Shown here: one piece after another, positions 40,601-52,500 of the stretch
Numbering within the stretch: position 1 is the stretch's first letter
How the letters are laid out: each line of letters starts with the position of its first letter
Assembly: GCA_964016885.1 (NCBI GenBank)
Contig: OZ024740.1
Span: 357,058,001 to 357,122,000, forward strand
From: Eledone cirrhosa
Taxonomy: Eukaryota
DNA length: 64,000 nucleotides
Reading direction: 5' to 3'
Notes under the pieces: model-generated
Database searches by the model: none
Told to the model about the DNA's origin: nothing
The model's input: only the letters and a program-made list of their open reading frames with translations
Position numbers and translations under genes: made by a program

Positions 40601-43600
40601 ATATGAAATGAAGTGTTTTGCTCAAGAATGCAATGCTCTACCCAGTCCAAGAATGAAACCCCCATTATTATTAAGTCCAATTTCCTAACCGTTATATCAT
40701 GTGCCTTCATTCTTAGTTTTAAGGAACTTTAAAGTACAGGTTTTTTTTGTCTGAAGAAAAAGAAAATAATGAAATTAGAAAAATAGTTTCCATTGACTGT
40801 GTATATAATGTTGCTGCTATTATAACTTTCTTTGGTCTTTAGAAATTGGATGCCTTGAAGTATAGAGAAAAATACACTGTGAATTCTGTAAAGCAGAGGA
40901 GATTACTCGATACATTTGCTGACTCTATCCTCACTGTCAATCGCATATATAACAGAGCCTTTGGTTATATTACTCGCAAAGTTCCTGCCCACATGCCTCA
41001 TATGATTGACAAAAATATAATGTCAGAGCTTCAAACCCTGTAAGTAGAATTTATAATATTTATTGTAGAATGGAAAATAATGGCATTTCAGCCTGTGGTA
41101 TTCAAGATGATTGGGGGAGCTGGGCTACAGACAATGAGGTGGTAGTCATTGTTGGTGGCTCATCGTACAAACGTATTAGGTGATGCTCGCGAGGATGCAT
41201 GGTTATTCCAATGACTTAGCCTCGCTATAACCTGTAGCAATGGTCGCGAGGATGCATGGTTATTCCAATGACTTAGCCTCGCTATCACCTGTAGCAATGG
41301 TCGCGAGGATGCATGGTTATTCCAATGACTTAGCCTCGCTATCACCTGTAGCAATGCTCGCAAGGATGCATAGTTATTCCAATGACTTAGCCTCGCTATC
41401 ACCTGTAGCAATGCTCGCGAGGATGCATGGTTATTCCAATGACTTAGCCTCGCTATCACCTGTAGCAATGCTCGCAAGGATGCATGGTTATTCCAATGAC
41501 TTAGCCTCGCTATCCCCTGTAGCAATGCTCGCGAGGATGCATGGTTATTCCAATGACTTAGCCTTGCTATCACCTGTTTGATTCCTGGGCGATGAGTTAT
41601 GTCCTTGAGCAAAACACGTTGCTCCTTCTGCATGGATTTGTAACCGGTAGATATTATTAACAATCGGAAAGACCAATGGAAACATTGTTTCCTCAGTCTG
41701 ATTTGAGCAGCTCCCCCCACTCATTAAGTGAATGAGGTCTGGAATCTTGTCAATCGACTGATATATATAAAATCCTTGATAGCAGGGAAAGTGGACATTA
41801 AAATGACTGATGAGGACATATATATATATATGCTATGTATTTGTATTTGTTTCTGAATATATGTGTGTGTGTATTGATGTCATCATGAATATATGTATTA
41901 ATATATGATATAGAAGAAAGTGATATCATATTGCAGGCATACTAAACCTCATGCTAGCATTGATGTTGAAGAATGTTTCAATGATGATAATCATCAACAT
42001 TGATGTCTTCATTGTTATCATCACCACCAACATAACGATCAACTACAACAATTACATCTGTAAGGACAAATCATTTAGATATTTTATTTATTTTTATTAT
42101 CAAACTGTGAAGTCTAAAATAATTATTAAGCACATGTGAAGGCATATGGCTTAGTGGTTAGAGCATTGGGCTTGCAATCGAAAGGTTGTGAGTTCAATTC
42201 TCGGACCGGGTGATGTGTTGTTTCCTTGAGTAAGACACTTTATTTCACATTGTTCCAGTTTACTCAGCTGTAGAAATGAGATGATAGGACTGGGTTCTCT
42301 ATCATTCTACGGCAAAAAAGCACCCAGCTCACACTGTAAATTGGACGTGTAGGCGCCACGGAAAAAAAGCACCCAGCATTCACTGTAAATGAGGTTGGTG
42401 TTAGGAAGGGCATCCAGCTGTAGAAATCAAGCCAGAATCGGTTCCCATATGAGCAAGACAAGGTCAGCCGACCGGACACAGTCCACAACAGGACAACCTG
42501 TCTAACCCATGCTAGCGTGGAAGAATGGACGTAAAACGGTGATGATGATGATGATTACACACTTCTACAACTAGGTTTCTTCACCACTGAGCCATGCCTG
42601 TGGCTCGTATAAATCTATGTGCACTTGCATATGTATAATAATGTCTATCCTTTACATGGAATTTCTTTAAATTGGTGTAGGTCAGTAGTTGAACACCTAA
42701 CATCATTGTTTAAACTTGTATTTTAACCATTTTGAAACTAAACTGCCTGAATCTGACCTGCATTTAATATACAAAACTGCTTATTTTAGAATAGTTATAT
42801 TTATAATAAATCCATCTATCATAATTTTATTTAACATTTTTTTGAGAAATAATGTCCTAAATATCAGCTTACTAATGAAAAAGTTAATTACTTGATTAAA
42901 TTCTTCCCAATATTTGATTATTTTCAAAATTAATGTATTAGTGTATTTCATTTACAATATCCTCATGAAAAGGTTAATGTATCTACATTTCAGTTTTCCT
43001 CAACAATGGGCAACTACATCATCACATAAGGTACGCAGCTCAGATGATATGCAATTTGCATTTGCCTATTTCTACTATTTAATTGGTGTGAAAGAAAATA
43101 TAACTGCTGAACAAATCTTTGATGAAATGGACACAGACTCATCAGGGTAAATATAAATGTTTTATTTTGTTATTATTGTTACTGTTGTTTTTGTTATTTA
43201 ACCCTTTTGATACCTACCTATCCTAAACCACCTCTGGTGTTAGAGAACAAAACCACCCATTTTCAAGGATTCCTATTTGAATTTAGATCTTCAGCTTAAT
43301 TTTGTATAAGAACCCTACATTAGTTTCAATTACCATTTTAATAATTGTTTCTACTTTTGGCACAAGGCCAGCAATTACCCAGTACATTACTGGTGCTTTA
43401 TTTTATCGACCCCGTAAAGATGAGAGGCAAAGTTAACCTCGACAGGATTTGAACTCAGACTGTAAAGGGACATAACTCTACTAGAAAGCATGGCATCCAA
43501 CTCTACTGATACTGCCAATTCACCGCCCTTACCATTTTAATAATGAACTAATTTTGGTAAATCCTTCCAAATTCCTTTTTAATCTTTTCAAACACAGTGT

Positions 43601-46600
43601 ATTTTATTAGAAATATGGTAATGAAAGGGTTAACTTCCCATCAGTCTTCATTGAGTAGAACAATGGTCAAAAGTGTCTGAAATGTGATCATCTCACTTCT
43701 TTGTATATCTAGGATTACATTGTCCAATGTGTCCTTTGTTTTCTTAAGATCATACAGTCTAATTTGAGGGAATTTTGCCGTTATTTTGAGCAGGTTGAGA
43801 AAATACATAAAGGCTGTCTCTCTTATTTTCATATTTGATACCCTTTAAATTGAGATATATCAATTACAGTTTCAAAATTGGTGTTTTGAATATTACTATT
43901 ACTAGTACATGACCTGTTATTTTGCTAATAAGATAAGTAATATTTGGTTTGATTGTGTTTCTTTACTGAACCGTAAAAAAACAGGGTTTGTAGATTACAT
44001 TCATATATACATGTGTGTGTGTGTTTGGTTTGATAGTGATTTGACTTAGATTTCTAGCAGATTGAAAGACCACATTAAGGCTGTCTCAAGGAATGAGCTA
44101 GTTAGTTACAATATATGTATATATATATAAAAGATTGGAGGCCACATTCAGTTGATTCGGGTTTATTTAAATCTCCGTTTACATATTTCACTGAGGACTA
44201 TCAACTATGATAGCCTAAGCTCTTCAAATGCCAAAACCTAAAATAAACATAGAAAGTTCCTAAGAATCCTTTAAATTTGGAAAAATCTAATAATTTCCCC
44301 CGAAAAAAGATTTTCTTTTCAAGAAACAGGAGGCAGGCCGAACATGTGGTGTTGTTTCTTCGACGGCTGGCCCCTGTATGACCCCAAGAGTTTTGGCAGA
44401 AGTCCTGATCAGTTTAGGAAGTAGGGAAATTATTAGATTTTTCCAAATTTAAAGGATTCTTAGGAACTTTCTATATTTATTTTAGTTTTGCCATCTGAAG
44501 AGCTCAGGCTATCATTATTGATAGTCCTCAGTGAAATATGCATAACGGAGATTTAAATAAACCTGAATCAACTGAATATGGCCTCTGATCTTTTATTAAT
44601 ATATAATTCTCCGTCTTGTACCATTTATACAGGTCGTTGAGCACTTCTTTTTATTTGCTTCACATCTGGATCATAATGTGATCTGCACATCCCTGTTCTG
44701 TTAACCCCTTACTCTATATATATATTTGTCTCAATATTGTTTATTCATATATAAATTTATTTTGCTTTTTGCTTTCAGTGTTCTCTCAGACCGTGAAATC
44801 AGGACATTGGCTACCAGGTTATTTGATCTTCCATTAGACTTAACTGTACGTCATCATCATCATTGTTTTACATCTGTTTTTCCATGTTTGCATGGGTTGG
44901 ACAGGTCTTTTTCAGCATAGCATCTGTCCACTTTTTGTGGTCTTTCATCATCTCTTTTAAGGGTTTTAGCAATTTGACATCAGCTCACAATCTTGGCCTA
45001 GATCTTCTTTGGTTTCCCTCAACTTCAGCTCCTTACCACTGACAGTTTTTTTTAAAGTAAAAATAAAATAATTTAGATAATTAAATTAAAGGTTGGTGTA
45101 CCGAATGTTGTACTGAATGTCATGCACAAAAATAATTGAAATTTCGCTATGAGTTGGAGAAAGAAAATATATATATATGTTAGTTTCAAAAAAGGCCCAC
45201 ATGAACAAGTCTTTAAAATATTAATTCAAAATAGAAAGTGCACAGGATGTGCTGATGCCCATCTTTTCTCATTCAGTTGGTTTATAAGCCCCATTATTAT
45301 TAGATTATTTCAGTTAGTCAAAGTTATAGCAAAACCTTCTAATTTAATTTTCATATATATATATATGGTGACTGTATTGCTCATACAAATCTGTATTTTG
45401 GTTTAGGATCTATGGCTGGGTCCCCTTCCTAACACAGTGTGGAGTATGTGCTTTTTATTGTGGCACTAAATCGACCATCAAAGAGGCTGGAATGGATGGT
45501 TTTTGAGTCTCCAGCATGACCACCTTACAGGGTAAACTAGGTGGTTTTTGTTGTGTCACCAACACAACTGCCTTACAGGGTGGATTGGGCACTTTTTGTA
45601 GTGTAACCAGCATGACCACCTTACAGGATAGACTGGGCACGTTTTGTCATGTCGCCAGCATGACCACCTTACAGGGTGGACTGGGTGCTTTTTATCATGT
45701 CACCAGCATGACCACTTTACAGGGTTGTCTGGGTGCTCTTTTTTTTGTTTTGTGTCACCAACACATATAATAAATGTCCTACTATTATTCATCAATATCT
45801 GCTTGTATCTATTGTTTTCATTTATCAATATTGTGTTTCTATTGCAGACATTGTTGAAACTTGAAAATACTTTTATAAATTGCTCAATATCATTTTCAAC
45901 ATCAACGGAATCATCATCACTGTCATTATTATCATCTTTACATAAACGAAAAGCAGCTGAAACTACTGAAAAATACTATGAAGGGAATATGGTAAGTAGT
46001 TATTTTAATAATAGTATATGTATGCTGAATCTACTATATTTATACTGTAAAACCACTGCAGGGATGCTGCCATAATAGAACAATCATATTATGACAATAC
46101 TGTTGCCATACTATGACAATACTTATGTCATACTATGCTAATAATGTAATTTTCCTGTAACAATGCTGTCATCATATAATGGCAGTAGCGCTATAGTGGG
46201 ACAACATTATAATTATTTCATTTAGAAGTCCCCAGAAATGAAACAATTTATCTAATTATTTGTGTTTTTACTTATGCTTCATCTTATGTACCTCAATCAC
46301 TTAGCAAACACCATAGAACAAAAGATAAGTCCTCATCAATTTAAGAACCATGACAGTTTCTCCCCCAGTTTGATGAAAGTTTATTTCATTTAAGCTACTA
46401 ATACTCCTCCTTTTTTGAGATTGATCTGGAGAAAGGAGCCATACCCATGGTCTTCGTAGTCACTGGTGAGGCATGATCATAATATCCCATTTCTTCTCCT
46501 CAAATAATTTTCTCATTTTATTTTCTAAAACTTTGTACAAATAAATATTTATATTTATTTGTACATCTGAGAAATCAGTGGCTTTGCTTAAGTACTGACT

Positions 46601-49492
46601 TGGTCTATGTCAGCTCATCCAACCCATGCTAGCAGGAAAAACATGTTAAATGATATTGATAATTAATGCCAATGACAGATTTTCTGTATCTTCTTTAACT
46701 TTGCCACTGTCCTACAATCTTATCAACCTTTACTTCTGTGGTCATTCTCTTATATTAAATCTTCCACTGATTACAACATTTGAGCTGTACCTATCCATGA
46801 TATCCATTTATAAGGTTGGTTTTTATTCTTGAGAGGAAAATATTTTGACCATGAATGCAGTGAGCAAATACATCTTGAAAATATAATAATTGTATTTATA
46901 CTTATAAAACATACAAACTATTATGCCAAAGCATCCCAAATGAAAACAAGGAACAACTACAAAGACATACATATAGCCTGAGGAGACAAGTTAGTGTGTA
47001 CACCTAAAAAAATGGATATTTCTATTACTTGACAGCTGCTCAAGCAAACCACAGAGCTGACAGAACAAACCACAGAGCATTCTTGCTGGGCATTGGAAGC
47101 TGGACAGAATGCAAACTTAGCTATCAACTCACACTTCTAAAGAATCTAAGCATACTTATGGAGATCAACTTCATCTTCATTCCCACTCTCACCTACTAGT
47201 GCCAAACCTGGAATCTGAATAAAATCGTGGAACAAAAATGCAGAACTTGTGTGATGTTTCTGGTGAGCAACTGGCAAAACCAGAAAGAACTGGATCTAAA
47301 GCAAAGACATCAAGCAGACGGTTGGTGCCATGCCTTTCATCTAGTTCATTTCCCAACAATGCATAAAGTGGTATGGCATGCTGATAAGAATGCCAATTGG
47401 CTAGCCAGCCCTTTAGGCTTATAACACCAAGTGCTCAAGCTTCAGACTGAGGGGAAGATCACATAGACAGGGTCCAAACCCACAACATGACAACGCTAGA
47501 GTCCTCATGCCTTGCTGCAGATTACCAAATTAATCTTCCTATATCATCTTCCCTATAAAAGCAACTGACCACCCCACCTCCCCAGGGTGGAAAAAACAAA
47601 TACAAACCATGTATAGAGGAGCAGTCAGCAAAGTTAGGATTAGCAATGAGTATAGCAAGGAATTTAGCGTACAGGTCGGTGTCCACCAGGGCTCTGTTCT
47701 TAGCCCTCTCCTGTTCGTCATAGTCCTGCAGGCAATAACGGAGGAGTTTAAGACTGGATGCCCATGGGAACTCCTGTATGCAGATGACCTCGCACTTATA
47801 GCTGAATCTATGGTAGAACTAGAGAAGAAATTCCAAACTCGGAAGCAGGGACTAGAAAGTAAGGGTCTCAAAGTCAACCTGAAAAAGACTAAGGTCCTTG
47901 TAAGTAGACGAGAAAACAGAACCCAGATCCCCTCAGGGAAATGGCCTTGCTCAGTGTGTAGGAAAGGTGTAGGTAGGAACTCCATTCTCTGTCCCAAACA
48001 ATGGGTACACAAGAGATGTAGCGGGATCTCAGGAAGCATAACTAAGAATGTAGGCTTCACATGTAGCAGCTGTGCTGGGACAGCAAGCAGCAAACGCCAC
48101 AGGAAACAAACACCACCAAACTCTGGGAGGGCTCTGTTGAAACAGTAAACAGCTTCTGCTACCTAGGTGACCGAATTAGCAGCGGAGGTGGGTGTTCGGA
48201 AAGTACAATAACTAGGGTAAGAATGGGATGGAAGAAGTTCAGGGAGCTACTGCCACTGCTAGCTGCAAAAGGCTTTTCCCTCAAAATGAAAGGCAGACTG
48301 TATGATGCGTGTGTACAAACAGCAATGTTACATGATAGTGAGACCTGGGCGAAGTCTGTGGAAGACTTGCGTAGATTAGAAAGAAACGAAGCCTGCATGC
48401 TCCGATGGATGTGTAATAGTAATATACGCGAACGGCAAAGCATAAATGAATTGAGAGAGAGACTGAGCATAAGAGGAATCAAATGCTGTGTGCAGGAGAG
48501 GCGGTTGTGTTGATATGGACATGTGATGCGTATGAAGGATCACAGCTGCATAAAAAGGTGCAGAGCACTAGAAGTCGATGGAAACTGCGGAGTGGGGAGA
48601 CCCAAGAAGACCTGGGATGAGGTGATAAAAGCCGACCTTACCCAATTACACCTCTCAAAGGCAATGACACACGACCGTGACCTCTGGCGTCATGCAGTAA
48701 TACAGAAGACCCGACCCCCCCACGGGTACAAGACAAAGCTGAAGCATATAGACAATATGCCCCCACACCCTCCCACTGCAAGTGGTCATAGAGGCGCCAC
48801 GGAAAAAAAGCACCCAGCACTCACTGTAAATGAGGTTGGTGTTAGGAAGGGCATCCAGCTGTAGAAATCAAGCCAGAATCAGTTCCCGTATGAGCAAGAC
48901 AAGGTCAGCTGACCGGACACTGCTCACAACAGGACAACCCGTCTAACCCATGCTAGCATGGAAGAACTGACGTAAAACGGTGATAATGATGACATACCTG
49001 GAGGATAATATTGATAAGCTGAATTCTGAAAAGACATATTCTTCACATTTGTGTGTCTGTGTCATGATGTTGTTTAACTCTAGATCACCCTCATCAAGTA
49101 GGTCTATAATCAAAGATGTAGCAAAGCTCATCTAATATCTCCTTTTATTGAATGTGTTCTTCTCTTTTTCAAGATGGTAGGGTGATTCAAAGAAGATTTA
49201 AATGCTATTTCTAGCAAATTTGGTAACCATTTAGAGGCTCCTTCTCATCTTGTTTGTAGGTGCTATTTGTTTAAAAACTGACATGGAAAAATATGTAGAT
49301 GTTACTTCTTGCAATCTATCTCCATTCTTTATTTTGTTTTTGTTTTTTTATTTTTTGGTACCCATAAAGCTTAACTATTAAGGCTTATTGAGCAATTTTC
49401 ACTTAATCTGCTTTTTCCTTAAAATGTTTTACCCAAATAATATACACCATTGTCATGACAAACATCTCTTCCTCTCTCACTGCATTATTCTC

Positions 49493-49563
<71 letters not shown>

Positions 49564-52500
49564 TTATTTATCATTGTTGTGATTATAAATTATGGCCACA
49601 TACATCTGGTCATTTTATTTTTGGTCTCACACTTTCTTAACTTTGTGTTTACTCTGAACAAAAATGTATTAACTTTTCACATCATCGAGTTTGAAAAGTC
49701 AATACATCATTTTATACAGAGTAAACACAAAGTTAAATATACACACCGTCAAGACAGATGTTACATTTGCATAATTGATTTATTGCATAATACATATTTC
49801 AATGACATGGCGGTTAGTAATCATGTAATGATTACATCATTAATAGAGAGAGAGGGATATATATATAAACGGAAAAAATGAAACGAAATTTCATTTCTCA
49901 CTCTTAGTACGGCTGTTACTTAAATATAAGTATGTACACGTACGTACATATATGTATACAGATGTACAGTAGTATGTATATATATATATACATACATGCA
50001 CACATATATACATGTACGTATGGATTTACCGAACATTTATTATAATGCTCGGTTTGTTTGTAAACAAACATCCCGAATTAAGCCGTAGTGTCTAGCAACC
50101 ATCGTTGCTCGTTTGTTCAACACTGACAAAGGAACGCTGTACTATAAATGTTTGGTGAATCCATACGTACATATATATATGTGTGCATGTATGTATATAT
50201 ATATATACATACTACTGTACGTCTGTATACATATATGTATGTACGTATACATACTTATATTTAAGTAACAGCCGTACTAAGAGTGAGAAATGAAATTTTG
50301 TTTCATTTTTTCCGCTTATCGTTTTCGGTACCCCGGCTGATTAACTCACTCGATATGCAAATTAGGCTGCTCAGCCGTTAATATGCATAAGGAAAGTATA
50401 TACTTTCAGACGTTCAATCATCTGGCAGGAAGGTATACGTTGCTGACGATAGCTAATAAGCTTGAAACTAGTACAGCGTTCCTTTGTCAGTGTTGAACAA
50501 ATGAGCAACGATGGTTGCTAGACACTGTATGGATTAATTCGGGATGTTTGTTTACAAACACACCGAACATTATAATAAATGTTCGGTGAATCCATATGTA
50601 CATGTATATATGTGTGCATGTATGTATATATATATATATACATACTACTGTACGTCTGTATACATATATGTATGTACGTATACATACTTATATATATATA
50701 TATATATATATACAGCCCTCCTCAATTGTTTTACATTTTTAATGCTTTGTTGATTTATACTATGTCCACCTCTCAGTTCTCATGTGTACATACTTAACCC
50801 TTTCATTCAAAATTTTGATTTGATATCTTGAAAATTTTACAGCCACAAGTGAACAGGAACTTTTTTCAAAGCTGTCCAGAAATTCAGCAACTTATTCAGA
50901 AAAGTTTTAAGCCTAAACCAAAATATAAGTAAGTATTTTGATAAAGCAAATTTGTTTTTACAGCAATATTGTCATGTTAACCTTTCAGCATTTAAACCAG
51001 CCGTATCTGGCCAGAATTCTCTCACTTTTTTCTGTTCAAACCAGCCGCAACTGGCCACTCATACTGATGTTAAGGTATTGTTCTCAAAATAAATAATATG
51101 AAAATCTCATAGATTTGATATTATGTTAGATAAGGCCTTTACCTTGAAAATACAATAGTATATATATAGAGTAATGTAAATGCTAAAGAGCTAAATGTGA
51201 AACAAGAATTTTGTAATTCTATATATTTGCATATGAGTCATTAGAGCAAGTACATTTATAGCTGTTTACCCTTACCTTTTCCATTTATTCCTATATTTTT
51301 ATATATGTAATAACTGGAAACTCAAATAACCAATTTTGTCCCAGCTTCACAATAAAATGTACCCTGCTCACTCTGTAAGGTGGTAGTACTGGTGCCATGA
51401 CTATAGCACCCACTCCACTCAGTAAAGTAGTAGTGCCAGAGTCATGATTAATGTTACCAGTACATGCTGTAAAGTGGTGGGTTTAATAATATAATAATAA
51501 TGAAATTATTGTGTAAAGTGCTCAGGTGCACTACAACTCGTCAATATAGTACATAGAATAATACACAAATGTCAGGGAAGTACATGTGTGTATGTGTTAG
51601 CTGTAGTGTTGGCGGATCTCGGGAAGCATGGAGGCCTTAAAGGATGCAGTGTCTCGACAGCTAACAACTGATGCTGGTAGTTTGTTCTATGCTTCAGCAA
51701 CTCTGAGCGAGAAAAAATGTTTACGAAAGTCATGGGAACTGTGCTGTTTTCTTACTTTGTGGGCATGTCCACGTGTGTTAGACACATGGAAATCAAAAAG
51801 GTACTCAGGGTTGTTGTTGGCAACATGGTTAACAATTTTGTGGGTGTTTACCAAGTCAGTTGCCAGGCGTCGGAGCTTCAATGAATCCATGCCCAGGGAA
51901 GCAAGGCGCTCAGAGTATGGTAGATGCCTGATGGAGGGTATTCGCTTGGTTGCACGTCTCTGAACAGTTTCCAGGCGGTCAATGTCCTGAGCAAGATGGG
52001 GGTTCCAGACTGGTGATGCAAATTCTAAGTGTGGTCGCACCATAGCTGTATACAGCCTTAAATAGATATCTGGAGAGCGGCTGACAAAGGTCTTGCTAAG
52101 ACACCCTCGGCCCTCTTGACAATTTTAGAGATGTGCCTCGTCCAACGCAAATCGATGCTGACCGTAATGCCCAGGTCACATTCACAGGAAGACTTCTTGA
52201 TATTAGTGCTGTGGAGGGAGTATGTGGACGCTGGGTTTTTGTTTCAGGAAGGGCATCCAGCCATAGAAACCATGCTCACTGTACACACTGTAAAGTGGGT
52301 GGCATTAGGAAGAGCTGTAGAAACTCAGCTAAAACTGAAACATATGAGCAAGACATGGTCACTTGACTAGTCTAGCCTCAAAACATAACAACCTGTCTAA
52401 CTCATGCTAGCATAGAAAATAGACATTAAGTTGTTATGATGATGATACTGTACTAGATAGCTATCATTTGTAAATTCACTAAAATATTAAGGTTAGATAA

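Noticed and set aside
41160-41720. Repetitive ORFs (186 aa and 113 aa) or a CRISPR-like array
   Set aside because: Stop-free 57-bp tandem unit with no unique spacers; eukaryotic intron.
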